The notes beneath the pieces were generated by a model. It was not told where the DNA came from and did no database searches. It saw only the letters and a program-made list of their open reading frames with translations. Source: Octopus vulgaris (Eukaryota). Taken from it: DNA of 64,000 bases. Numbering within the stretch: position 1 is the first letter of the stretch; every line of letters begins with the position of its first letter. The position numbers were made by a program, and so were the translations under genes. Of this stretch, positions 1 to 13,400 are shown piece by piece. The DNA is taken from the NCBI GenBank assembly GCA_951406725.2, contig OX597820.1:54746001-54810000 (forward strand), given 5' to 3'.

Positions 1-670
1 TGCCACTAATGCCTGGACACATGTTGATAACATATTGAATATGATTCATTACTGCCATTTAGTTTAGAGACTAAAGGTTCTTAATACTAGTCTGGTACTA
101 TGTACATACCCAGTAATAAGACACCTGGTGACGATCAGAGATCATAACAATTGAAACAATGTAAATATAAATATTTAATGTTTTATTTCCAAAGAGGCTA
201 TTAATAGTCTAAAATTTTATTATTGTTTTATTATCTCAGACAATTCATTTGAAATATTTTGCTTTGGAAAAAAAAAGCATTTTTTATTTTTATTCATTTA
301 TTTATTTGGCTTTTTTTTTTTTTTTTTTGAAGGGTTAATTTATGTGTTGTGTCAGTGTGACATGAGTACAATAGAGGTTTATTAGTTGTGTGTCTCATAC
401 AAAGTAAAGTTGTCAGAGATGCCAACCTCATAAAAATCTAAGTAAATTTGTGTTAATATACTTAAAGTATATGGTATTAAAATGCTAACTAGAAAAATCA
501 GTATTAGACAATGTCTGATATTTATTTTAACAAGTATTGAGACAGCTTTGGCTGCGTTTCAATATTATTCTGGCCTCATGAACAGTATATAACCTTTCCT
601 TTACTTGCTGAAATAATGACGAATGAATCATTAAGTAAATATATGAGATTTTTTTTTTAATGAGAAATAA

Positions 671-890
671 CCCTTTCGTTACCAACCCAGCTGAAACCGG
701 CTCTGGCTCTGAGTACAAATGCCTTGTTTTCATTAGTTTTGAATTAAAATCTTCCACCAAACCTTAGTCACAATTTATGTTCCTAACACTAGCTTAATGA
801 TAACCAAGTAATTTTACTAAATTCTTTATTATATTTGAAGTAATTGAAAGAAACACAGAGCATCCCAAAATAAATACAGTAACGAAAGGG
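671..890. mobile_element. piggyBac-type MITE (non-autonomous)
   Basis: Terminal inverted repeats CCCTTTCGTTAC...GTAACGAAAGGG, flanked by ATAA (mutated TTAA) and TTAA. CCC termini plus a TTAA target are piggyBac hallmarks. Decayed relatives near 14319-14546 and 54090-54312. Confidence 0.7.
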
Positions 891-1844
891 TTAATCACTG
901 ACTTGTATCACATTTTTATTCTCTCTCTGCATACCATCTTCATCATGTAATGTCTGCCTTCCATACTGGTATGGGTTGTCATGCTCCAATGTTTGTTTTG
1001 GCATGGTTTTTGTTGCTGGTTGCTCTTGCTAACAACAACAACTATATAGAGTGTCCTGGCGCCTTTTTCACAACATTAGCGTTAGTGAGATCACCTTGCA
1101 GCTTGCAAGGCTAAGTGCCTAAAGTAACCCCTATAACTGATGGAGAATGGGGAGAAAGAGAGAGTCTGTGTGTGATTATTCTAGACAGGGTAAAGTAAGA
1201 TTAGAAGAATAGATTAATAGTTGTTATAGGAAACAGGGAAAGAGAAGGGATTTAGTGTCAGGGTTTATTGAGAAAGCAAGGGACAGGGTGGAAAGGTGAT
1301 AGCATATGTTGTGTAGGGATGGATCAAGGGCTATTCCTATATTATGAAAGAGCCATTGAAAGAGGGGTGGGTATTGGGGAGGTAGAAAAGCTGTGTGGAG
1401 AAGACTGAGAGGAAATGAAAGAGTGGGAGAGTAGTTAAGGACATTGAGGGGAAAGAGGCTGAAGGTGCCATAAAGGGAAGAGAAAGAGCAGAGAAAGCAT
1501 CTCATATGGGAAGGCTGTGGAGAGAACATAGAGGGAGAGAAAGGAGTAAAAGGGACTGAGTGAAAGAAAGGTTAGAGGTCATTGTACAGGTGTAAGGATG
1601 GCTAGTGAGATGAAGGCAAGTGGAAGTGTTGGGTGGCAATACAGGTAACCTGGGAGAGTGTACTGGTTTGTTGTAAGCAGGATGATTGAAACAGATGAGA
1701 TGGTGCAGCTGTGAGTGAAGAGATGGGAGCTGTGGAGGAGAAGAGTGAGGATACAAAGTGAAGGGGCAATAAAGTGAGCTTGACAAGGAACAAATACACA
1801 CACACATATTGGCCACACTCATTTTTCTAGTACACTTTCTTTAA

Positions 1845-2063
1845 CCCTTTAGTGTTCAGATTATTCTATCAAACATAATGCTTATTGACTCCCATTGATT
1901 TGAATTAATCATGCATTATCTCATATCTTCAAGATCTTGATGGTGTAATTACTTAATGCAGAATAACATTGTAGGGTAGGTGTGAGAGCCTGGATCTGGT
2001 CACTTTGAACATAAAACAGATTAGCTATTTTGGCCGGATATGGCCGGTTTAAATACTAAAGGG
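1845..2063. mobile_element. piggyBac-type MITE, second family
   Basis: TTAA-CCCTTTAGT...ACTAAAGGG-TTAA with perfect TTAA on both sides. Related copies near 10671-10872, 31601-31800 and 43440-43652. Confidence 0.7.
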
Positions 2064-2929
2064 TTAAATGTACAGTATATATATTCTGTTGCTAAGCCGT
2101 TTCCCCTCACTGTTCATTGTTCCATCTATTCTCATTCATTTAAAAACCCTTGGCTGCTCCATTGAATAGATATATTAACACTGACTTAGCTATTAAAAAA
2201 AAAAAAACTAGACTACTTTCCATAGTAAAAACTGAGTTAGAGGAAGTTTTATTTATTATATTTATTTTTAGAAATTGTTTTCATGAGTTAATTTGGTTGA
2301 AAGATAACAATTGACATTAACTCCATAACTTATATTATTCTAGACTTTTGCTTCTTGAGTTTAAACTTGTGGAATCGGGCAAAGGTTGATTTTAATATTT
2401 TTGCGTGTAGCTGAATGTATGAGGTTTCAGCAAAGTAAAATACCAGTAAACATCTCATTGGTAAAGTTTTTATTATAAGTGTAAATAGGGCTTTTAAAGG
2501 AGGACTTGAGTTCTTTTTACTGCTAATTGAATGTAAGGTACATGTCTTTCTCCCTCCGGATACATGGTAGACTTAAATCTATTGCTTGGCTTAATACCTC
2601 CACTCAGTTCTATGATGCAGTCATGGGACTGCAGCATGGCATATTGTGAAGAGGTAGCAGGAGAGTGCAACTGAGCCAACAGTGCTTCTTACATTGATGC
2701 TGAACCAAGGAATCCTAGAAGATCATCAGTCAGGGTCACCAAGCTCTATCATGAGAAGAACTGCCACACATCTATAGGATTCACTACGATTCAAGCTCCC
2801 AATTCAAATTCATAATGGAATTGGATGGTAACATGAAGTCATGGGAAACTGCGAGAGTAGCGCAAGAAAAAGAAAGCACTTAGAAGTATTCAGGCCAGGA
2901 TCTGAGGATAGTCTCTTCTTTTCATTGTA

Positions 2930-4145
2930 TCGGGCTGAGTAAAAAGCAAGCAACATTTTGAAACATGAAATTCATCACAATATATTTCAGCAATACGGAA
3001 ATTTTATTCATCAAAGAAAGTACCATTACAATCAACACATTTTTGCCAATGAGTTACAAGTTTATTTATTCCAGTAACCTAAAAATCTGGAGCTGATGAA
3101 ATCTTTGAATGCACTTTCAGCATTGGTTTGATTTTTGAACTCCTCTCTCAGGAAAACCATCAAGATGCTTGGAAAAGTGGTAGTCGGTAGGAGAAAAGTC
3201 TGGGGAATAAGCTGGGTGGGGAAGAACTTCATAGCCAAGTTCCCTCAACTTCTGGAACATCATTAGTGAAAAGTGTGGTCATGCATTTTCATGAAGAATG
3301 ATTGGCCCTCTTCTGTTGACCAGTCTGGGATGGAGGAGTAGCAGTTTTTCATTCATTTTGACAATTTCATGGCAATATGTTTCTGCAGTAACGGTTTTTC
3401 CAAGTTTTAAGAAGTTATAGTGGATGAGTCCAGCAGTACACCACGAAACAGTCACCATAACTTTCTTTTTGAAGACCTTGAGCTTAGGGAAGGTTTACAG
3501 TGTTTCATTTGGGTCCAGCCACTGTAAAGTTTTTTTATTATTGTACAAAATCCACTTTTCATCACAAGTTACAATACGGTCGAGAAAAGGATTGATCTGG
3601 TTACAGAGAAGAAATGACAAGCAAATTTCATATCTGCGTATTTTCTGATTTTCATTTGTCGAACTTTTTTGATTTTCCAATCACATGTAAATGGTTGCAG
3701 GCAGTTCTCTGACTAACTTGAAGTTCTTTTGCCAATTCTCGAGTGGTTTTACGTGGATCTTTTTCAATGACAGATGGGCGTCCCCTACGCTCGCAGTCTT
3801 CAAGGTTCAGGTCTCCACTGCAAAATCAGTTAAACTCTTTTTGAGCTGACTACTCGCTGACCATTTCCTCACCAAACGTTTTGTTGATATCATGAGCATT
3901 TTCAGCTGCTTTACATCCTTTTTTTGAAGTTGATAACAAGATTGCTTTAATATCTTTGACAGTTCCATTTCAGATAGTGGTAACAATGGTGAAAAAATGT
4001 TAATTTATTGATGCATTTGGATAAGTCTATGTCTGTATTATTAGACAATTGCGAAAAAAATGTTTAAAAAAAATTCAAAACCCCGCAAAAGTCCAGTACA
4101 AATTCTTCATGGTTCAAAACGTTGCTTACTTTTTACTCAACCTGA
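2930..4145 (-). mobile_element. Near full-length decayed mariner (DD34D) transposon, Hsmar1/cecropia-like
   Basis: About 40-bp imperfect TIRs (TCGGGCTGAGTAAAAAGCAAGCAACATTTTGAA / TTCAAAACGTTGCTTACTTTTTACTCAACCTGA) with TA on both sides (2928-2929 and 4146-4147); 1216 bp long; internal transposase remnant. Confidence 0.92.
3004..3968 (-). pseudogene. Mariner transposase pseudogene
   Basis: Minus-strand translation gives RGRPS, FLDRIVTCDEKWILYNN, KKVMVTVSW, GPIILHENA*PH, HPAYSPDFSPTDYHF and GINKLVTHWQKCVDCNGTFFDE*. It has in-frame stops, frameshifts and has lost the WVPHEL motif. Confidence 0.92.
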
Positions 4146-5054
4146 TACCATTTTCTGGATCTCCGAGAGGTTCTCTCTAATCGTCATCATGATCATGTAA
4201 TACCTACTTTTTCATGTTTCCCTGGGTCAGACGGAATTTGTTAAGGTAGATGTTTCTTTGACCAAATGCCCTTGCCTGTTTCTGTGCAAGGTAATATTCT
4301 CTATGACCAGACATGGAAAGGAACCACATCACTTGTATGAGCTATGCTTGTTTAAAACCATCATGTGAAGACAAGTGTACACACATACGATGGGCTTTTT
4401 CCAGTTTCCTTTTATCAAATTCACTCACAAAGCTTAGGTCACCCCAGGGCTTTAGCAGAAGATATTTGTCCAAGGTACCATGCAGTGGGGCTGAAACTGA
4501 GGCTACATGATTGCGAAACAAACTTCTACCCACACAGCTATGTCTGCATTTCAGTCACAAAAGAAAAGGGTTGTTAGTCCATTGTAGATATCATTTCTCA
4601 GATGATCCAGTACCTAATACTAACAACTCAGTGAAATGAAGAACCATAAAAGAACTTGTGGATATGAATTTGTGACTTTGTAGCCAAATACTATGTCCAC
4701 TTGACCATTCAGCTATGACAGCATCATAGAATTTTATTCTGTTTTTAATGCTTAACATGAATTATTCTATGTAAACATAGACAGGAAAAAGTTTGACGAA
4801 GCAGATGTCTTTTACAGTTGCATGTCCACTTTCCTTCTAACCACTCACAACATAATGGCTGTAACATTAATCTTTTATATTTTACTTGTTTCAGTCACTG
4901 GATTGTAGCCATGCCAGGGCACTGCCCTGCAGAGTTTGTGGGGAACACCCAAAGGCGTCTATGTATGTGTGTGTGTGTGATTATGTGTTTGTATTTTGCT
5001 GTGTACAGATTTAATGTATTAAGAAAAAGAGGCAATAAGAATTTTTGGATAATT

Positions 5055-5101
5055 ATTTATTTAGCACTTTCATCTCATTTCTGTGATTCATCAGGATAAA
5101 T
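5055..5101 (-). ncRNA. Minimal type-I hammerhead ribozyme-like motif inside a ~90-bp palindrome
   Basis: Minus strand: ATTTATC-CTGATGA-ATCACAGAAATGAGAT-GAAA-GTGC-TA-AATAAAT, i.e. stem I, core, stem II, GAAA, minimal stem III, UH, stem I'. One mismatch each in stems I and II. Confidence 0.55.
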
Positions 5102-5879
5102 CTCTGAAATGAGATGAAAACGCTAAATAAATAATGATTCAAAGTACCAGTCAAGTACTGAAGTCAATGTAATTGATTTGCCCCCTATACTCAAAATAAC
5201 TGATTTTGTCTTAAAATTTCAAGTCATTATTGTAAGAAATATTGCAAACAAAAAGCAATAAAACAAATGATTAAATCGGAGTTCACTCCCTTAGTTTAGG
5301 TATTTATATATTGGATGAATGAATGATATTTGTGTCTCAGATATTAAGAAGAACTTGGCTGAAGACAGAATTATGGTGGACAATAACTGTTAAATTCCAT
5401 ACTGTTGCCTTAGTACCTTCACTTTCGATCTCACTTTTGGACATCTTAGACAATTGCCTTTTCTATCAGCTATTTTGTACAATCGAGTATATCTGAAATG
5501 TTGGCCAACTTAGTATGTAATAGACAGTTATATAAACCCTGTCTTTATATACAATATCTTCATGACAGAAAAAAAGGTTAGTTATTTGTTGATGAAATAC
5601 CAGAATAGAAATGAAACTAGTTCAGCTAGTGGGTTCTTTTCTGTTAAATAGCAGTGAGATACCTTGCTTCATGGGTAGACTGTTTTTCAACCAAGACTAA
5701 AGAGCAACTATCTAGAAGGTAAAAAAAAAAAACTCTTTAAAAATCCTCAACAAGTGTGTATGTATTGAATAAAGAAGGGGACATATATCCACATATGTAT
5801 GTGTGCATATAATAGATATATAGTAAATCCACTGTGAAGGTGAGTGGCTTAGTAGTTAGGGTATTCACCTTATGATATT

Positions 5880-6968
5880 GACTAGAGGACTATGATGAAT
5901 AAGAGGGGGCTGAAGACTGATACTTGGTGGACCCTATCCCTACCTGGAATTCTTCACTATACTTGTTGCCAACTCTCACCTTACTGACAGCATCCCTGTA
6001 CATGGCTTGTACAGCTCTCTCTAACCACTCATGTATCCCTAGTTTCTGCATAGACCACCAGATAAGGGATCGAGGGCCCTATCAAAGACTTTCTCCATGT
6101 CAACAAAAGCCAGGTACAGAGGTTTATCTTTGGTTAGGTATTTTTCCTGCAGCTGTCTTACCAGAAATATAGCATCAGTGGTGCTTTTCCCTGGCACAAA
6201 CCTAAACTGACTCTCTCCCTGATTAGTTGGGCTATGACACTCTCTATGACTTTCATTACTTGATACCTCTGTAATTATTCATATCTAATGCCTCACCTTT
6301 ACCTTTGTAGCAGTTGTCTATGGTGCTGCTACACCAGTCATTAGGTATGACTCCTTCATGTATCACCTGATTGACTATACAGGTGACTAAACTATAGCCA
6401 ACACTGCCAGATATTTTAGGCATCTCTGCGGTGATACTTGATGGGCTGGGAGCTTTCCCTGTCTTATACCCTTAATTGCTTTATCTACCAAGGTACTGTC
6501 AATTCGGATAGTAGGTCTCTCTGTTGGATCGACATTCGGCAGACCCTCTTTCTCCCATTCATTCTCTTCATTTAGCAACCTTTCATAGTGGCGTCTCCAA
6601 GTCTCTCTCCTTGCAGCCTCATTAAATGCAAGTGAGCCATCATCCATGCAGACACATTTCTCTCCAGTGACATCACGATTCTCTCTCACACACTGTCTTG
6701 CAACACGAAACACTTCAAGTCTTTGGTCCTCATGACATAGAACATTGGCAAATTTTTTCTTATCTGCTTTCCCTCTGGCTAAGTAAATCTGTGTCCTATC
6801 TTCGCTTCTGGCAATCTGATACAATTCCCTTGTACCACCATTCTTCCAGTCTTTCCATGCCTGTTTCTTTTCCTTAATGGCCCTGTCAACTACATTATTC
6901 CTCCACCACATTACCTTGGGTTGAGAGGGGACTTTGCACCATCCACAGATCTGGTCAGTAGCCCTCCT
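5880..6968 (-). mobile_element. RTE-clade LINE fragment (linker and reverse transcriptase region), decayed
   Basis: ORF 6387-6911 (WWRNNVVDRAIKEKKQAWKDWK...WRRHYERLLNEEN) followed by frameshifted RT motifs including VHQVSVFSPLLFIIVL. Confidence 0.85.
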
Positions 6969-7186
6969 GTAAGATTTATTTCAATTTTTTTACATATCAA
7001 AAATTAACAGGGGTAAAATTCTTTAAAATTGTATCCTAAATTGAACATCCTTTCTGTTATATTTTGTGTTGAATCATTATATGCAGTTTACAATAAGGAT
7101 AGTTAAGAATCTTTGATTTAGCTAACCTAGTCAATTGAACTGGCTGTACAGTATTCCTTTATTATATGTATTCAAATCACTGCCTT

Positions 7187-7490
7187 GTGGAGGCACATGG
7201 CCTAGTGTTTAGAGCAGTGGACTCACAGTCGAGGGATGACGGGTTCGAATATCAGAACGGGCGATGTGTGTGTTTATGAGTGAATACACCTAAGCTCCAT
7301 GCGGCTCCGGCAGAAGGTAATGGCAATCTTCTGCTGACTCTTTCGCCACGACTTTCTCTCACTCTTTCCTCCTGCATCTTGCAGCTCACCTGTGACGGAC
7401 CGGCGTCCCGTCCAGGTGGGGAACCTATACGCCAAGAAACCGGGAAACTGGCCCTTATGAGCCAGGCATGGCTCGAGAAGGAACAAACAA
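7187..7490 (+). mobile_element. tRNA-derived SINE, full length
   Basis: Head with A box (TGGCCTAGTG) and B box (GGTTCGAAT), GC-rich body and an AACA-type tail; cannot form a complete tRNA cloverleaf. Confidence 0.75.
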
Positions 7491-9946
7491 ATCACTGCCT
7501 TCATAGGCTTAGATTTTCACTCCACCACAGTTAATGAAATACATCCTAGTCATTCATTGACATGGATTCTTCCTATTGTGCTCATTCCCTTTAGGAGTTC
7601 GCTCCTAGTTAAGAAAATGTGTCCATTAAATGCAGAGTTATTTGTCTGTTGTAAAGGGCTGAAGGTTATGTTTATCCTTTTATACTAACCGATGCACAAG
7701 TCTTTACCTTCTTCTCAGCTTTTCTCACCCTTGTATGATGTGGAGTAGCCATGTATCTCTTCTATAGCAAGACACCTGTGTTTGTCCCTCTGTCACACTT
7801 TAGCCTCACAACACCTGGCATAAAGCCACTTCTCAAATACTCTGCCCATTTAGTCGATGGGGCTTTTTCCTATTCTTTTTCTGTCTAGTTGGTTACTTAG
7901 CAACCTCACTAATGCTGTAAAAAACACACTGTAAAGTGGTTGGTGTTAGGAAAAGCATCTTGCCATAAAAACAAAGCCAAAGTTGGCATTGGAGCTCAAC
8001 ATAGCCATGTAGCTTGCCAAATCCTATCAAACCATCCAATTCATGAGAACCGACATGAAATGATGAGGATAGTGGTGTGTGCATATCCTCTGAACAACGT
8101 GCATAATTTATCAGCTACAGTATATGCTTGTCTTTTGATTGATACAATGCATGGGATTATAATTTTATCTTTTATGCCTTATTTTACTAATCAATAGCTA
8201 TAATCTCATATAATCTCCAGCTGCCATGTTTTTGCATGTTGTTAAGATTAATGGAAACAGCAGAGTAAACACAGATGTAGTTACTATACAGGGCTTAGCT
8301 GTTTAGTTTCAGAGGAAAGGAAAGAAACTATAAACGGAAATCTTGTCAAAAACTACTATAAATTCTTTTTTTGAATGATTAGTAACAGTAAAACTGACAA
8401 AATATCTTTTACTTGTTTCAGTCATTGGACTGCAGCCATGCTTAGCAACATTTTTTTGTCCATCTTAACATTCTGAGTTCAAATTCCACAGTGGTCAATT
8501 TTTGCCTTTCATCCTTTGCAGACCAATAAAAATAAGTACCAGTTGAATACTGGAGTCAATGTAATCAACTAGGCCCCTCTCCAAAACTTCAGGCCTTGTG
8601 CCTCTAGTAAAAAAATGTATATAAGCTATCATTGGTTCTTGATACTGTTTCACTTTTCAATTCTGATCAATGTTCTATTTATTTAAAAACCTTTTTTTTT
8701 TTGGTGTTATATTTTGCAAGGGTTTTGAAACAAAATACTCACCCTAGCTCAGTCCATTGTCACACAAGTAACAATGTACTAAGCTTGATGCCTTTCCACA
8801 TTCCATGTCCTATTTGCTCTTCTGCCCTCTTAATCTTGAAAAACTGTTAATAGCATCATACATCACACAATTGAAAGCATTGACAAAATGGCCAAGTGAT
8901 AGAGTAACAGCCATGACTTAAGTTCTTAATTTAGCATTGTGTTGCGTTTGTAGACTAAGGCATTTTTCATCTGCATGTCTCAGTCCACTTGGCTATCAGC
9001 AATGGGCACCAGAATTCCTTGGAAAGTAACCTGTAGAAAAGGGGTGGTGAATTTATCTTTCTTCTGTTAAGTAACCAATACTAAGAAAAAAATGGTCCAC
9101 TTGCACTTTCTTAGTTTGTAAAAGGAAAAAATTTTTTGATGTAAAAATATATTTTGGGTTTGGAAGTTAAAACCTTGGTTTTTGGAGAGAGAAATAATTT
9201 GATTCTAGCCAGAATATCTGTCAGCTTCAATATAACTGTTGGAAGAATTGAACTTTGCACTGTAAGTTAATGAATTACCTCTCAGTTTTACAGTACTTTA
9301 CTGTCTTTTTTTTTTTTTTAACTTATATTTGCTAGGTTTACTGACTGTTGACATCTGCCTTAGCCAAAGATTTTAGTGCTGTGACTGAGAAAGATATAAA
9401 GTGTCAATCTGCTAGTTTTCTAGTGGTCTCATTGATTTTGCCATCCATTGTCTCCTAGCAATTAGGCCTTCATGAATATATTTTCTTTGGAATAATGTAT
9501 TTACCTAGGGATCTTAATGATAGGAAGTTACTTGTCAACAATAACATACAATGGATAAACTGAATACACTTGAAAAGCCAAACAAAATTATGTTTAGTTT
9601 GCTATGAGGATAAGAAGTGCATTACATTTTGAGCAAAGCCTTCTCTTTATTTTATTGATGCTTTCCCGTGCTGACTGCAGCTACTCTTGAACTTTAGTAA
9701 TTTATATAGAAATGAGTCTATATTATTTTTTGCTTTTATTTATGAACAGTACCTACCTAACAGCAGTAGGACAAATAATGAGTACCCATTGAAATATATT
9801 TAACCTCACTGTATTGGAGCTATGTGAGGTTGCTACTGTTGTGGCTTGGAATACCTTGGATGTAGAAAATGACAATGAAGATATGAAAGTGAAGTGCAAG
9901 ACAATCACATTTAAGACATGGAAAGGAGAAAAGTATAAGGTTGGTT

Positions 9947-10184
9947 AATGAAGGCGGCGAGCTGGCAGAAACGGTAGCAAGTCGGGCGAAATATTTAGTG
10001 GTATTTCGTCTGCCGCTACGTTCTGAGTTCAAATTCCGCTGAGGTCGACTTTGCCTTTCATCCTTTAGGGGGTGATTAAATAAGTACCAGTTACGCACTG
10101 GTGTCGATATAATCAACTTAATCCATTTGTCTGTCCTTGTTTCTCTTCTCTGTGTTTAGCCCCTTGTGGGTAGTAAAGAAATAG
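9947..10184 (+). mobile_element. SINE (GGCGGCGAGCTGGCAGAA family) with 14-bp TSD
   Basis: Direct repeat GTATAAGGTTGGTT at 9933-9946 and 10185-10198; internal B-box-like GAGTTCAAATTCC; many paralogous copies in the window. Confidence 0.85.
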
Positions 10185-10348
10185 GTATAAGGTTGGTTGT
10201 GAGAGTTTCTCAAGTCAGTTATCAACCAGGGATTTTAGTTGCTCTCGGTGGGTCTGACATGAAAAGTAACCAGCACCAACATGACTCAGGTTGGTGTTCA
10301 ACCATCATGACCATAGCATATTATTTAAACTGAATTTTCTTTTTCCAG

Positions 10349-10400
10349 GAATGCTTTAAAAAAGGGTGGAATGATCACAAGCAGTTACACAAAAAAGCAA
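10349..10400 (+). CDS. METAP1: METAP1 exon 2 ([18 protein letters not shown]-terminal half of the zinc finger)
   Basis: ttttccag acceptor, gtaagt donor, 52 bp. Confidence 0.93.
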
Positions 10401-13400
10401 GTAAGTTCTTTAAAGACAAGCTTCAGCCTTGTCTACTTAACATATTTGGTCTTTTTTTTATGTGAATGTTTACTTCTTGAACAGAAATTTTAAAATTAAT
10501 ATATATATATTTTTTCTTTTCTTTCAGAAGAAAAAAACTTAACTCAAAGTGTATATAATCCATGGCCTAATTATCGGTTTACTGGCCCACTCCGACCATA
10601 TCAACAGGTAAACTATGTGAATTGTTTTGGATAAAGTGCTCCCTCTAGTGTGGCAAATTTTTTGTTTGTCTTAATCCTTTAGCATTCACATTATTCTGTC
10701 AAAAGCAATGCTTATTTATTCACATTGTTTTGAATTAATCATGCATTATTTTGTATGAGATAACAGTTAATTTTTAGAATGCTAATGTAGAGTAGGCTTG
10801 AGAGGCCAGGTATGAACATAGAACAGGTAGAATATTTTGTCTGGATGTGGCCAGTTTGAATGCTAAAGGGTAAAGTGCATCATCCACATCCATCCCATCA
10901 TACCAGTAAGAGTTGAGAGGAACACAAAAAGTCTTTTTCTTTCTTTGATTGTGTTGTTGCAAATCTCAAGTAATTGTTACTTTCGACTGGCTGTCCCTCC
11001 TACTAAGCAAACATCATTGAACACTGCTGGTCTTATTCTATACCTGACGCTCATCTCACAATGTATCAAGAGTACATGCAGGTAGCAAGTATAAACATAT
11101 TTGTGTATAAGACAAATAAGCACAGATGTGGCTGTGTGGTCAAGAAGCTTGTTTCCCGACCATGTGCTCTTGTAATATGTAAGAGTGGATGGTATAATTA
11201 GTAAGCAAAAAAAGGTAACTGATGATTTTGGACACTTAATGAACCAAAGTGCCTTGTGTGAGCAGAGGATATCCGTGGTTTTATATCTTGGGTGGACAAC
11301 AGTAATTTATTACTGTAAATAAAGGAGTGAAATGGAAAGTTGTGATATTTCTTTTCCTAAACCTTGAAGCAACATTAAATGAAGACAAATGGGTCTTGGT
11401 CTCGCTCTCTCTCTTTCTTGCACACACATACATGCAAGCAATTGAGTGTGCCATGGTTATAATGTTAGTAAAAAGCTGACTTGGAAGGCGGATGTTAAAT
11501 GATGATGATGATTATCCACATCAACATTACTAACAGTGTCAATGGTGTTAATTAAATGCTAAGATTTTAATGTAAAGGCCATAAGATATTATAAACACTA
11601 CCAGTGAACTTGTTGCTCCTTGCTATTGTAAATTGGTGCTTATAATGTCTAATATCATCATTAGTAGTAGTAGTAGGAGTAGCAGCAGCTATATTAATAC
11701 CAATCTCTCTTTCCATATATATTCTAAACAAACAGCAGCACTTTTTGTTTTCTTGACATATGCCAGTTCTCTTATAATGTAATACATATATTGTTTCTTT
11801 TTTCAGAGTCCCAAGAGAATAGTACCAGATCTTATCCCAAGGCCTGATTATGCAGATCAGGCAGAAGGTTTGTTGAATTTTTAACATTAAATTTAGTTCA
11901 GCAGCAGCAGGCAGTCTTGTGTGCATGCGTGCTAACATTCCTTGCAAGAATGAGTGTATGTGTTCATGCTGTACTTTTTTTTTTTTTGCGGTGGGTGTGG
12001 AGTGTATAGATTTATGGATTTACTCCTTTGCTCACTCAAATTTATTAAGGTGTCTTTCCATAGCTCCAAAACAGTATACTCTAAAGCTAGCTCGTATCTT
12101 TGCCAAGTTCTTCAGTCTCTGTCTATCTCTTTCTTTCTCTCTCTCTCTCTCTCTCTTAACATACTGGTGGCGTTCCATCCCTAGAAGTACTATTCTCTCT
12201 GACTCCTCAAACTACTGATCGTCTCGCTCTCTTCTAACATTACAAAAGTAATCGAAACAGATATCAACGATCACTTTGAGTCTGTCCATTCTCTCTCTCT
12301 CTCTCTCTCACCACCACCACCTGTACATCTTCTGTTGAGCTAAATCTACCAGTGACTTGCTCTCCTATCTGACTAATTATTAGTAGTTTACTCTTGAAAA
12401 CTTTAGTAGTGGCAATGCTGTTGCACTTGCCGTACCCAAATTTCCATCTGTCTCTCATTTATTTGGTTGTGCAATTGCATCATGCACTGATGATCATTCC
12501 AATCTATAACTTATTAACACCCACCATCTTCAGGATATTCGTTTCAAATTTTGGCACTAGGCCAGCAATATAGGGGGTGGGGTGCAAGTAGTTTACAATG
12601 ACCCCAGAGTTCAACTGGTACTTATTTTATCAACTCTGAAAGATTGAAAGGCAAAATCAACCTCAGCAAAATTTGGACATTGAAAGGATGCAAGGCAATT
12701 CGACCTCGGCAGAATTTGAACTCGGAACATAAAGATGGACAAAATGCTGTGCCTGGCATGCTAATGATTCTGCTAGCTTGCCACCTTAATCTCTTTAGTA
12801 TATTAGTTTTGAATTTTGGCACAAGGCTAGCAGTTTAGGGGGAAGGGGCAAGTCGTTTACAAGTTGATGACAACCTTACTTCTACCAATAACACAAGATC
12901 AATTACTACATTAATTAGGAAAACAATTTTGTACCCCACTATTTCTCAACATAACACAATCAAAACCCTCAGAGCTGGTAGGCTTCATATATCCCTTTAT
13001 TAGCAATTTGCACTTATATAACATGGCTAAAACATCATCACAAAGGAAAATTATAGTTCCTTTGCAGAGCCAAGAATTATTTCATTCTCAACCAGTTGTC
13101 TGTCCTTAACAAAGTTCACATAAACACAAATTGGAGAGCTGCTCAAATTTATGAGGTGATGCTGCAGTTATACACACTAACTTCTTGTATCAAATCCAAA
13201 AGGCCATTTAACTGGGTGGAGAAGATTCAGTTATTAGTAGGTTTCAACTATTGACTCACAGATGTACTGCTTTATCATTTTGACAATCCTTTTTCTATTA
13301 CAATGACTTCTGCTCCTCTGAAGTAATTACCTCTATCCTGGTGCACATCAAGCCTATTTTTTTTATCTTGCCACTCTTACTGTATCTCACTTCTCAGATG

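Noticed and set aside
120-180. Hammerhead-like CTGGTGA...GAAACAATGTA
   Set aside because: The core is mutated and stem I does not pair; at best a dead relic.
1150-1822. Overlapping minus-strand ORFs of 67-106 aa
   Set aside because: They arise from a purine-rich low-complexity tract; the Ser/Leu/Pro/His-biased translations have no domain or splice support.
7187-7270. tRNA gene
   Set aside because: A and B boxes are present but the acceptor stem is incomplete and the sequence runs into a SINE body.
8632-8850. ORF containing CPIC as possible METAP1 exon 1
   Set aside because: It lacks the surrounding C..C...LQCPTC.KL...FCSQ pattern and a suitable donor; exon 1 is probably upstream of the window.
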